A stretch of DNA of 64,000 nucleotides from Felis catus (Eukaryota): positions 165,542,001 through 165,606,000 of the forward strand of contig NC_058368.1 in NCBI RefSeq assembly GCF_018350175.1. Reading direction: 5' to 3'. This document shows, piece after piece, positions 36,410 to 48,968 of this stretch. The notes under the pieces were generated by a model. The model was not told the origin of the DNA. It did no database searches and saw nothing but the letters and a program-made list of their open reading frames with translations. Each line of letters begins with the position of its first letter. The first letter of the stretch is position 1. The position numbers and the translations under genes were made by a program.

Positions 36410-38120
36410 TTGCTCAAAAAAAGTATGGTATTGGCAGTAAAACAGACACATAGATCAACAAAACAGAAGAGAAAACCCAGAAGTAAACCTACACATATAC
36501 GGCCACATTATGTATGGAGCCAAGAATAGGGAAAGACACTCTCTTCAATAAAATATGTTGCGAAAACTGGACAGCTACTTGTAAAATAAGGAAACTGGAC
36601 CACTGTCTTATGTCATACACAACAATGAACTCAAAATGGATTAAAGACTTGAATGTAAGACCTGAAAGCATAAACTCCTAAGAAAAACACACAAGCAAAC
36701 AAACAAAACAAACCTTAGGGGATAATCTCCTTGACATCAGTTTTGGTGGCGATTTTTTCAATCTGACACCAAAAGCCAAGGCAGCAAAAGCAAAATTAAA
36801 CAAGTGAGGCTACATCAAGCCAAAAAGTTAAACCATCAACAAAATGAGAAGGCAACCTACTGAAGGGAAGAAAATATTTGCAAATCATATATCTGATAAG
36901 GGGTTAATATGTATCAAAGATATATAAAGAATTCATACAACTGGATAGCAAAACAAACTTACAAACAAACAAAAACAATCTGATTACAAATAGAAGATCT
37001 GAACAGACATTTTCCAAAAGAAGACATACAGATGGCCAACAGATATAAGAAAAAATGCTGAATATCACTAACTTCCAGGGAAATGCAAAACCACAATGAG
37101 ATATCACCTGTTAGAATGGCTATTGTCAAAAAGACAAGAAAGAACAAGTATAGGAGAAGATGTGGAGAAAAGGAACCCTTGTGCATTGTTGGTGGGAATG
37201 TAAATTGGTGTAACCACTAAGGAAAACAGTATAAAGTTTCCTCAAAAAAATTAAAAATAAGATTATCATGTGATCCAGCAGTTTGCACTTCAGAGTATTT
37301 ATCTGAAGAAAAAATATATTATTTTGAAAATAATGCCCTTTGTTTACTGCAGCATTACTTATAATTGCCAAGATATGGAAACAGCCTAAGTTTCCATTGA
37401 TGGATGGATGGATAAAGAATATGTGTATGTTTATGTTTGCATGTGTGTATAATGGAATATTATTCAGCCATAGAGAAAAATAATGTCTTGTCATCTGTGA
37501 CAACATGGATGGACCTTGAGGGCCTTATAGTAAGTGAAATAACTCAGACAAAGAAAGACAAATGCCATATAATCTCACTTACATGTGGAATCTTAAAAAC
37601 AAAACAAACTCATAGATACAAACAGAAAAGAAATACAAAACTTTAAGAAAAAAGAAGAGGGCTCCTGGGTGGCTCAGTCAGTTTAGCATCCCATTCTTGG
37701 TTTTGGCTCAGGTCATGATCTTATTATGATCAGCCCTGTATCAGGCTCTATGCTGCCAGCACAGAGACTGCTTGGGATCCTCTCTTACCCTCTCTCTCTG
37801 CCCCTCCCCGCTCATGCTCTCTCTTTCAAAATAAACCAATAAATTTTAAAAAATAAAATAAAAATAAATAAAACTTCAAACAGAGGATTGCTGACTGCCA
37901 GAGGCAGAGTGTGGGGATTGGGTCAATGGATGAAAGGGATCAAAAAGTACAAACTTCCAATTATAAAATAAATAAGTCATGTGACTATATTGTGCAGCAT
38001 AGTGGTTATAGTTAATAACACTGTATTGTATATATGAAAGCAGCTAAGAGAGTAGATCTGGAAAGTTCTCATCATAAGAAGAAAAAATCTGCAACTATGT
38101 ATGGTAATGAATGTTAATAA
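36410..38120 (+). mobile_element. LINE-1 3' portion (L1MA9/L1_Carn-like), interrupted by a SINE
   Basis: ORF2 C-terminal motifs (aaacagacacatagatcaa; MEYYSAIEKN…TTWMDLEG) and 3' UTR gctaagagagtagatct…gttctcatca. Confidence 0.9.
37659..37868 (+). mobile_element. Can-SINE
   Basis: gggctcctgggtggctcagtcagtttagc…CT tract, A-tail. Confidence 0.92.
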
Positions 38121-38769
38121 AAGTAAATAAAACAGTGCCCGACATTTAGTAAGCCCTCAAAAAAATAGCATTGCTTTTCCAGTGAAAACATTGTGAGTGA
38201 TTTTAATTTATAGAACATTTTGTTTTTATACTTATTGAATTTACAAGGACAAGTATTTATGTAGTTTAGTATATAAAAGTGTAGAAAAGTTAATGAAATT
38301 AATGATATATAACAGTTATGGAAACAGTGAAATAATCATGAATATTAAAGTCTATTAATTTTAATAAAGTACAAAAAACACAAAAAATATGTTTTATAAA
38401 TATAATTACAAAGGGAATGTATTTAAATAATTTTAGTGATAACATATTATTTATTTTATTTAATGATATAAATAAAACTGAGAAACTGATTAGATAAGAT
38501 TGGTAGGGAATAAAATATAAAGGTGGCTTTGCATACATGTAGTTTGGACACACTTTTATTGTCGATATTGACAACTAAAGATATGCTAAGGCATTATTTC
38601 ACACAAAAAAATCCACAGGATTTATACTTCCTAATCCCTAAAAATGTTGAGAGGAAACATATGAGAGAATGAGACAGAAAAATAGAGAAAAAAATGGAAA
38701 TATGAACAGAAAAAATCATAAAACAAGGTATCAGAAATTTGAATGTATCAATTCATACAATATAGGTAT

Positions 38770-38850
38770 ATACATTATATATATGCACACATATATATAT
38801 ACATATATATGTATACATATATACAATATATACATACACACATGTATACA
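38770..38850. repeat. TA/CA low-complexity repeat
   Basis: atatatatacatatatatgtatacatatatac…. Confidence 0.8.
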
Positions 38851-40014
38851 TTCACTTCACATTGAAATGCCAACTGATTACACATGAGTAGTATCCTCTT
38901 CTACTTATAAGTAAAATATCAAAGAAAAGAAAAATGTGATCACTCCAAATCAAAATGAAGATTTAGAAAAATTAAATGGCAGATGTGGGTGTGTACTAAA
39001 TAACTAATCACATGTCTTATTGGGTGCACAACTGGGAATTCTAATAAGGGTTAATAATAACACTTTACTCCTTGCAAGAAAGTAACACAGCAGTCTATTT
39101 TGTTGTTGTTCTAGTCATAATTATGGTGTTTTACAAATTTTTAGTGAAAAACATGCTACTTTTTAAATCAGAACAATCCAATAAATATAAATTTGTCCAA
39201 TAGTGCTTGATGTAAAAAATGGATAGTATTTCCCATGTAAAATTAAATCTACCCTGGTTTCTCACTCACACAGTGGAAATATGTTCAATATCAGTTAATA
39301 TTTGAATTCCAAAGACTTGTCAAGACTAAAAAAAATATAGGGAATGTCGTTCTGGTATATAGTTTTTCTTGTTAACTACTGTGATTCCTTGTCTAAGATT
39401 CCATGGTCCCTTTTGAAGAAACATAGCTCCATTCCCTCAAACTAAGTTTGGACTGGGAAGTATTTTGCCATATATCCAGACTTCTTAAACAAAACACAGT
39501 TGTACCACGAGAATAAGGTTCAAATTTCCCAAATCCAAACTTCTCATCTTAGTCTCAGAAAAGTTAAACTATTATTTCCCAACCAGAGATTCACTTTATC
39601 CCTTTTCAACACACACCATACCACTTACCATTCAGTCCCCAATCTCACAGTGGGGATGTTTATAACAATAGGAAATTGAGACTGACCAGAGGAATGCAGA
39701 CCACAATATGACACATAACCTGTGTAGTCCACCGTGCCAGAGCTCTGTAAGACTCCTCTATTTGATGGAATATGGGGAGTTCCAGTCAGTCTTGGGAAAA
39801 GTCGGCAAGGGAGAGACACGCAGGGCATTTGGAGTAGTGACTATTAACAATACTCATGGAAATACTTACAGAATGCAATACCTACTAGCCGTGGTATTTC
39901 TTGAAGATCAATTCTGTCCATCCATCTATCTTGGACTAAGAAACTCAATTCCTCTGAATGAGTCTGAAAAGTACAACCAACCATTGCAGTAAAGAGCAAA
40001 ACCATATCAGTTAG

Positions 40015-40015
<1 letters not shown>

Positions 40016-40050
<35 letters not shown>
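40016..40050. repeat. (TG)n microsatellite, ~17 units
   Basis: Perfect GT run. Confidence 0.95.
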
Positions 40051-40052
<2 letters not shown>

Positions 40053-40144
40053 AAGAATCATATTATCCTACTGTGTTACACATTTGTTTTACAAAAAGTT
40101 TTTTTAAACTTTAACTTAGATATCATTTATAATAACTTCCTGTC

Positions 40145-40350
40145 TTTTTAATGTTTATTTTTGAGAGAGAGAGAGAGAAAGAGCATGGATGGGGGAAGGG
40201 CAGAAAGAGAGGGAAACACAGAACCCAAAGCAGGCTCCAGGCTCCGAGCTGTCAGTACAGACACTGACACGGGGCTTAAACCCAAAAACTGTGAGATAAT
40301 GACCTGAGCTGAAGTCAAACACTTAACAGACTGAGCCATCCAGGTGTCCT
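40145..40350 (-). mobile_element. Can-SINE
   Basis: Reverse SINE ending ctgagccatccaggtgtcct. Confidence 0.93.
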
Positions 40351-42149
40351 CTTGACTGAAGGTCTATGTTCATTTGAAAAAAAATGTGTTTCCACTCACA
40401 GTTTTTCTGGATTTTACCACTGAATTATAGATATAGTCTAAAATACAAACATACAATTATTTTTAAAACACATATTTTTAAATATTCATTTTGTGTCCTA
40501 ATGTCAAGTTTTTAAAAATCAGAATGTTTTAAAACATTATTTGATTGCTTATTCTTCAGTGCTTGTGTTGTTCAGATGAGTGATAAGATGTCTGTGGGTA
40601 CTTCTGCATCTCTGACCTGCAAAATGGAATGATTTCAAGTGATTGGACATAATGTCTGTTGATCCACAGAGAATCTAGAGAGTGATGTGTAATATAGGAA
40701 AATAGAACAGGATCATAAAAAATTAGTTCTACTAATATTTTTTTATCTTGGTTCTGCGCTGTCAATTAGCTCATTGTTTCTCAATATGGCACCAGTATGA
40801 TGAATAATACAAGAGTTAATATTATATAGATACATCACCAAATATATAATACAATTAATATCAGAATTTCATAGAAAAAATGATCTTAAAATAAACATAA
40901 ATTGCAGTTACCCACCCAGGTCAAAACTGGGAAGAACACAGGCTATATGTTTGAATCTAAAATAAATGGTTTGCATTATAATAAACCATTCTCCTGTTAG
41001 CATGTTTTACTACTCTTTTCTTTTGCTGTTCTAAATATATTCATAGAATTTTATTTTGTTGCTGATGACCAATTACAAAAGTAACTACTGACCCTATGGC
41101 CACTGATTAAGAAAACCTCTAGGCAACCTGACCCTTTGATTCATTTTCATTAAAAACATCATTTGAGAGAGCAAATCAGGCTGAAATTAATACCATAGAG
41201 ATATAATTTTCTTAAAGATTCTATATATCTAAAGCCTATAAGTAGGTTGCATACAAAATTTATACTAAAATAATGTGGCTCAAAACAACATAGCTTCAAT
41301 TTTACTATCCTTCAGTAATCATGGCAATGATCTAATGGCCTTAACCAGAAAAAAAAAATTTAGCAAACTTTGTTTTTTTAATGCTTCATTTTGCCTCAAA
41401 GCACCAGAAGCACACAGAACAGAATAAATCCTGGTTACATCTGAGTGTTGTAGAATTAAAATGCATTTGTCTAGGAAACTAAATGTAAATAAGTCAGTGT
41501 CTCCTGGTAATTTTCTCTAATTTGGGTCTCAAGTCTGGTTGGAATATCTTGGCCTAAAGCACAGAGAATCTAGAGGAAAAAAATTTCAAATCTCAATGTA
41601 TAAGAGAGTACTTTGCTATCAAGGGTGTAGTGTCCATAGAGATTTTGTTTTTAATTTGCATTTTCTCCTCTCAATGTTGCAAATGACGCCTACAAAGAGC
41701 ATTTTTAATTAATGAATTGATGGTTCCAATGTAACCTGTGTATCTCCCAGTCTATATTTCCTTGCCCTGAGTCCTCTGCCTTTGGTCTTTGAGATGTAAG
41801 TTCTACTGAGCATAAACTACCAAAGACTTGTAGTCAGTTAAAGTCAGCAGAGATCATAAGCTTGCTATCCTTGGTCACTACCCAGGATGTAGACCCTCCA
41901 GCTTCACTCTCTTACTCTAGATTCATTTCCATTCGGTTACAAGTTACTGCTCTACATCTTCAGCCTCCTGATCCATTTCTCTCTCCAACTCTTAGCCTTA
42001 TCCATAACTTGAGTCAAGAAAGAACTCAAGATAGGGGCTGACAGAAACAAAGAGCATGCTCTTCGGCTGACATACTCAAGATTTCTCACCCTGCATGTTC
42101 ATTAGTCCTTCAACTCTCTCACAGGAACCCCAAATGCATTTCTCCACCT

Positions 42150-42835
42150 ACTTTATTGAAGCTTTGGGTCTGCCTCCACTCACCCTACCATCAGCTCCCT
42201 CCACAGTTCTTTGAATCTCTCACCATCACACTCAACTTCTTGTCTCCTTTGCCTTTTAACATGTGTTCTCTTCTTGTTTCTTCTTGTGCCCCTTACAGGA
42301 TAAAGTCCTACTTGGCTGTTGTGGGAAGAGCAAGACTGTTTGAAAGTGACCAGGAAACTTGCTTTTTAATACTTGGACAAGGAGATGGCTTTTGCTGGGG
42401 ATTCTCCTTCTCCCGACATGAAGGTCAAAGTCCACAGTTTCTGTCTCTGCTTTTTTCATCATCATTTTCATTTCTTCACTGATTTTCTCATCAACTGCAG
42501 GCAGAATATAATGGCGTTGGAGTGGCTCCCAAGACTTCCAGCTCCTCTCTCAACCTCTTTCACCCCTGTGGAGGTGGAAGGCCATGGACTTTGTGCATGT
42601 GGGCAAGAGCAATCAGTGCTGGGCATAGGACTTGCGCCTTAAGGCCTATGCCAGACTCGCCAAGCTCGAGGCTATCAACAGTGTGGGTTCCGTGCCCTCT
42701 TGATTTCTAGTTGTCCTGAACCCTGGCTCACCTGGCTAACATCCTGCAGCACTTATTCGCCGAGAGCAAGCCAGTTTGCTCTGTTGGCCACAGCATAACT
42801 GCTGCCTTCTGCTGTGCCATCAACAGGAAGTAACT
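42150..42835 (-). pseudogene. Possible decayed retrocopy of an unidentified mRNA
   Basis: GC- and CpG-richer island. The minus strand starts cttcctgttgATGGCACAGCAG, has broken charged-residue frames (KRLREELEVLGATPTPLY; VDEKISEEMKMMMKKAETE) and ends near AATAAA (42152-42157). Parent gene not recognised. Confidence 0.35.
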
Positions 42836-44849
42836 AGAACTTCTCACTGGGCTCAAGATCCTAAGTGCTGAGCGGCTAATTTTCTGTCATCTACTGCCTG
42901 GCCCATAAACCCAAGGTTATCTTCATGGTTTAAGCATAGCCTTCAATTGTCTGCCTCCTCTCTTTCTTCTGCTTATAAGCACGGAACGCAGGTGCACACA
43001 CACTGAGCTTATTAAAGAACATACTTGTGTCTCTTCCACTTTGGATCTTGGTTCCAGTGTTTAGCCCAGAACAGAAATCACACCTTCTTTCACCATCAAG
43101 GCCCAGGGAAACATCTCTCTCATTTCCTTTTTTATATCTTCAGAACAAAAGGAGACAGTGTCTAAATGTGATTGTGATGCTAATGTTGGAGGCTGATTCA
43201 GGGTATTCTTCCAGAGTAGAGAGAATATTTGAGAAGCAGGATTGCTTAGTTGAGATAAAAGATATGTCAATTACATTGTCAAATCCTCCTTTCAGATAGC
43301 CTGAGAACAATAGATTCTTGTATAGTGAAATACTATTTTGCAGTTGAATATTCATTTGCTTGCTTCTCTTGATTCCAGTTACTTATGAGTTGGATAGTAT
43401 ATGCAACACTTGTACATGACAGGTGATAAATATTTTGCAATGTTAAGCAATTCACATTTTTCTAAGATTTGTTTATGTGTAGGTCTAGTCAAACATGTAT
43501 GAAGCATGATACTGATTCTTTATATTATCAACTAGAAGAATAAGAAATTGCATATTGTGAACAGCTATATTTTAATAAAAATATGAAATAAAATGTAATT
43601 CAATTTTCAAAAATTAAATAGTTCAACTACATCTAATCATCTTTATTTGAATTTTTTTTTATATTTGTTAAAAAAACTGCCTCACTTTTTAGCAAAATAA
43701 TTTTGAATAATTTAGAAAAAAAGAACTACATGAAAATACGTGAAAGTAATTTTATTTTTTTATTTTTACATTTACATAATTTGCATTATAAAAAATATAC
43801 TCAAAGGTTGTGCACATTTAATTTGGTTACATTTTATTTTCTAATCCTTATGATAAGTGAAAACAATTACACATTGAAATGACAGAAATAAATATATAGA
43901 AATGGAATATAGAAATAAATAGAAATTAAATATGCAGACATGGAATTCTAGATAAAAACTGAAGAAAATAGAGATAACTCTTCATGGAGATAGTATGATT
44001 TCATTTTTAAAAACTGGAAATAATCTCAAGTATCTTTGAAAGATTTCCCTAATAAAATTTGTTAATATGTTTAAAAATCATTTAAGATCAGGAAAAATTA
44101 CTGATGAAAACAGGATTTATCTTGACCCTCTTGAGTTGTGGATTTTATCAGAAAATATATATTTTTTTCATATTCATTGACTTTATCAGACAGCTTTGAC
44201 ATCCTGGGGACTTGAGTCATACATACAATATTTTGCACATAATTTTCAATTTGCTATTAAAAAAGTATTTTGCCACAGTAATAGAATAGCATGTATTTCA
44301 CTAAAAAATTATTAGATTGAGTTAAAAGTTTTAAATATCTGACATATATATAGGCCTCCGTTAGTACTCTTGGTCAAGCCCCAACAAATGTTATAGTCAG
44401 GACTGCTTGTGATAAAATCATTAAGAGAGAAAACTTGGGAGTGACTCCTGCTCAGTCTGTCTGGTTACTAGTCCCAGAACATTTGGGTTGATGGGATGAT
44501 CAGGAGAAATATGCCTTGTTTCTTTCTTTTTGACTTTTAACTTAAAAGTTTGAGATTTTCCCCAATTATATCTATTTCAAACCAGACCATGTGACATTGG
44601 AGATTTAATCTGAGTCATGGCTAAATGACAATAGATTAATCCAACTCTGCCATAACCGTGCCTATAACCAGGTTGTGGAAAACTAATGAAGGAATTGTAG
44701 AAGCAAGTATACCAAAGTCTTTATGAATCCAGGATCTTCAACTCTAAATGAGTATTCAGGGCTGCTAATTAATTTGTCTTTATTTTCATGGTTTGTTCTT
44801 GTTCACATTCTATGCCTCAGTATATGAAAACATTTTCTCACACTTGTAG

Positions 44850-46100
44850 ATTTCAATCCTTCCACCTCATTCCTCAATCTTAATGATAAATTTCCTTCTT
44901 AACACTTCCTTCTAATACTGAGAGAAAAAAGTGTCAGAGAAGATACTATCAAATGCCTTGCACAAACCATAGCCTACATTTCCACCCAATATTTCTTTCC
45001 TTTCTGTTATAATAGAAGTAGTGTTTCTTTACTTTGTCTGGATACTATTCCTTCACATATTTGAAAGGCTTTATCAAACTTTATTAAATCTTCAATTCCT
45101 CTCTCTCTTCTCTTTCATAGTATTTTTTTTTTGTCATTAGTTTCTGGCATAAAAAGAAATTCTACAAAAACTTTCTCTCATCCTACATAGTCCTCAAATA
45201 AAGATATTTTACAGGCTTTATCTTTTGTTTTCCAACCCTTCTTTTATTCTTCATACACTACTCTCTTCTTAGGTTCTTAGTTCATAGAAATTACTCTTAT
45301 CCAAGACACCAGGCACTTTATACTAGTTCTCAGTTTACGCCTTATTTGAATTCTGTCAGAGTTTGGCATCATTGACCAATCTTCTTCCATAAGTCACTAT
45401 AGAACCTTGCCTTCTATAATACCACATGCTCCTAATTTTCTTACTAGATATCTGACCCCTTTTTCATTCTATCTTCTAGTTTCCTTTTTCTTTGCTACTA
45501 CTAAATTAGAAACATTTTGTAGACCAATTCTAAGTGCTTTTTAGATCTCATACATTCTCCCTATTAACCTCATCAATTATATATATGGCTGTAGTTATCA
45601 ACCATAGCAAGAGTCAACAAACATCTTATATAAAGAGCCCAATAGTAAATATTTTACATTTGTGAGACATCTGATCTCTGTCTCACTTACTCAGCTCTAC
45701 TCTTGTAGTATGAAAGCAGCCATGGACAATACATAAACAAATGGCTGAGCTGTGTTCAAATGAAAGTTTATTTACAAAACAACTGCCAGACCAAATTTTC
45801 CTTACAGGTAGTAGTTTGCACACCAGTGCAATATAACATTGTACTTCACAAAATTCCTGAGCTTCAGAACTGAATTAGTGAACTAATTGAATATATGATC
45901 AATGTGGCTCAAATTGGCATCTTCAATTTCATTCAATGCACTGAAAGTAGGGATCTTCTTAGTTCTTCCTGCTTAAAAGACTTCCAGAGCTCCCAATTTG
46001 CTCAAACATTGAACATGGTTCACAAGATCCTTAACTAGGAGTCACTGCTTCCCTTAGACCTAACCTGTTGCCAATTTTATATTTTAATATACTCTAGAAT
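44850..46100 (+). mobile_element. L2 (ORF2/RT region) remnants
   Basis: tactcttatccaagacacc…ttctcagtttacgccttatttgaattctgtcagagtttggcatcattgacc resembles L2 RT 'LLDLSAAFDTVDH'-coding DNA. Confidence 0.6.
45608..45828 (+). mobile_element. MER58A-like hAT-Charlie MITE, full length
   Basis: caagagtcaacaaac…atagtaaatatttt…gaaagcagccatggacaatacataaacaaatgg…tagtttgcacaccagtg, with degenerate terminal inverted repeats. Confidence 0.8.
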
Positions 46101-46575
46101 AATAGTGGAAAAATTTCTGGTCTACAGACTATTCATCGAATTTCTGTGTGTCTTCATTGAAGAAGCATCAGTTTTATTTTTTTTAATTTTTATTATTTTT
46201 TCTTTATTTGTTACTCTTAAATTTGTTTTTTTGTTTTGCTTTCTTAATTTCTAATATCCACCTTGCCATATAATACCCATTTTAACAAGTTATTTGCAAA
46301 TGAATATAGTTTAGTTATATATTTGATCAAATTAATGAAAATTTAGAAGTCCATAAAATCTAATAACCTCACACAAAACACATTAAGATTAAGCTGCAAT
46401 ACTTGCAATTCATTAAGGATGACACTGAAAGGTGGACTTGCAGGAGACACATATGTAATTTTTCATTTCTCTATATCAATCACACTACACCTCTTTATGC
46501 AAAAATATGTTCAGTCATAACATTTAAAGTCATTGTTAATTCAGTCATAATATTTAAAACCATTTGCAATATTTC

Positions 46576-46806
46576 TTTTTTAAAGCTTTATTTATTTATT
46601 GTTGAGGTGGACAGACAGAGAGAAAGAGAGAGAGAGAGAGCAAGCCCACAGAGGAGGGGCAGAGAGAGGAAGAGACAGAATCCCAAGCAGGCTCTGCAAT
46701 GTCAGCATGGAGCCCGATGTGGGGCTCAAGCCCACAAATCGTGATCTTGAACTGAGCTGAAATCAACAGTTGGACACTTAATTGACTGAGCCACTCAGGC
46801 ACCCCC
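46576..46806 (-). mobile_element. Can-SINE
   Basis: Reverse SINE ending gactgagccactcaggcacccc. Confidence 0.93.
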
Positions 46807-46861
46807 CATCTTAAATACTTCTGAAATTTTTCCTGGGAAAATATAGTTAAAAGAAATTTGG

Positions 46862-46990
46862 CATATATATATATATCTATATCTATATTATACATTTAAT
46901 ATATAAATTATATATAAATTATATGTATATTATATATATAATTTGTAATACATTTATGTAATATAATATATTTATATTTAAATAAAATTA
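46862..46990. repeat. AT-rich low-complexity (TA) tract
   Basis: atatatatatctatatctatattata…. Confidence 0.8.
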
Positions 46991-48026
46991 TTTCCACTTT
47001 CATACAGCCAACCTGGAAAGCCAATATAGCATTTTCTGTTAAACATTTTTCTTTTTTATTTCTGTTGAGAACATCTTAGTCTTGTGTACAGTTACTTAAA
47101 TGATCAATAAAATAAAATGTGTTAAATAAACTTAAAAAAATGGGGGGGGGGCACCTGGGTGTTCAGTTGGTTAAAAATCCACCTCTTGAGAAAATCGCCA
47201 GAAAACTAGCAGAGCGGATTCTCTGGAGCCAAGTGCAGATGAGAGGCCCATGGAAGAGGTTAGGAAGGGCTGAGAGGCAGTGCCCCCTACATAGGCTGGG
47301 GGGAGGGAGCCAGGGCAGAGTGGCGGCCCACAGCAAAGCAGAGCCCCCAAGTCTGGCTGGCAAAAGCGGAGGGGCCAGACAGAGTGTGTTCAGACAGCAA
47401 CCGGGACATAACATCTGGAAGGTTATGAATTAACAGCTCTGCTCAGAGAGAGGTAGGGCTGGAGGACAACAGCAGGGAGAGTTGTTGAGCCCCAGATGAC
47501 AGAGCACAGCTTGGCGGGGAACAAAAGCGCTCACCAGCGCCATCTCCCTCTCTCATCCCCCAGCCAAAATCCCAAAGGGAACCTGTTCTTGCCAGGGAAC
47601 TGGCTTGCACCCTGCAAACACCAAAAGCTGTGCTTCTGCAGATCCATCTCTCCGGGGGAGGGGGGGTTCTGACTCCTTCTCAGTGCTGCAGGGCCCCTCC
47701 CAAAGCGGATGGCTGAAGGAAAAGCAAGCAGAGCCTGCCCTTCCGGCCCCTGTGCACCTGGCCGATCCACGCCAGGTAATATGCCAGATCCCCAGCACCA
47801 CAAGCCTGGCAGTGTGGAAGTAGCCCAGATGGGCCACATCACCCCACAGTGAATCCTGCCCCTAGGAGAGGGGAAGAGAAGGCACACATCAGTCTGACTG
47901 TGGCCCCAGCAGTGCGCTGGGGGCAGACATCAGGTCTGACTGCGGCCCTGCCCACCAACACAAGTTATTCAAGACAGCACAGGGGAAGTGCCCTGCAGTC
48001 CCGCACCACTCCAGGGACTGTCCAAA

Positions 48027-48918
48027 ATGATGAAACGGAAGAATTTCCTTCAAAAAAATGTCCAGGAAATAACGACAACTAACGAACTGATCAAAAAACG
48101 ATTTAAACAATATAACAGAAAGTGAATTTAGAATAATAGTCATAAAATTAATCGCTGGGCTTGAAAACAGTATAAAGGACAGCAGAGAATCTCTTGCTAC
48201 AGAGATCAAGGGACTAAGGAACAGCCAGGAGGAGCTAAAAAATGCTATCAATGAGCTGCAAAAAAAATGGAGACAACCACAGCTCGGATTAAAGAGGCAG
48301 AGGAGAGAGTAGGTGAGAAGATAAAATTCCGGAAAAAGAGGACGCTGAGAAAAAGAGAGATAAAAAAACCAGGAGTATGAGGGGAAAATTAGAGAACTAA
48401 GTGATGCACTAAAGAGAAATAATCTACGCACAATTGGTATTCCAGAGGAGGAAGAGAAAGGGAAAGGTGCTGAAGGTGTACTTGAAGAAATCATAGCTGA
48501 GAACTTCCCGGTTCTGGTGAAGGAAAAAGACATTGAAATCCAAGAGGCACAGAGAACTCCCTTCAGACGTAAACTGAATTGATCTTCTGCACGACATCTC
48601 ATAGTGAAACTGGCAAAATACAAGGATAAAGAGAAAATTCTGAAAGCAGCTAGAGATAAACGTGCTCTAATATATAAAGGGAGACCAATAAGATTAGTGA
48701 CTAATCTCTCTACTGAAACTTGGCAGGCCAAAAAGGAATGGCAGGAGATCTTCAATGTGAAGAACAGAAAAAAAAATATGCAGCTGAGAATCCTTTATAC
48801 AGCAAGTCTGTCATTTAGAATAGAAGGAGAGATAAAGGTCTTCCCAAACAAACAAAAACTGAAGGAATTCATCACCACTAAACCAGCCCTACAAGAGATC
48901 CTAACGGGGATCCTGTGA
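48027..48918 (+). pseudogene. L1 ORF1p (RNA-binding protein), disrupted
   Basis: Begins ATGATGAAACGGAAG and ends KLAKYKDKEKILKAARDK…KLKEFITTKPALQEILTGIL*. Frameshifts occur in A-runs, with an in-frame TGA at ~48580. Confidence 0.93.
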
Positions 48919-48968
48919 GACAAAGTACCAGAGACATTGCTACAAGCATGAAACCTACAGACATCACA

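Noticed and set aside
2938..46895. Numerous short ORFs of the 'MAQSVKHLTSAQVMIS…' type
   Set aside because: Read-throughs of Can-SINE sequence, not genes
47889..48755. 288-aa ORF antisense to L1 ORF1
   Set aside because: It is the mirror frame of ORF1. The A-rich codon usage of ORF1 gives few antisense stops and an F/S/L-rich product. No independent evidence of a gene.
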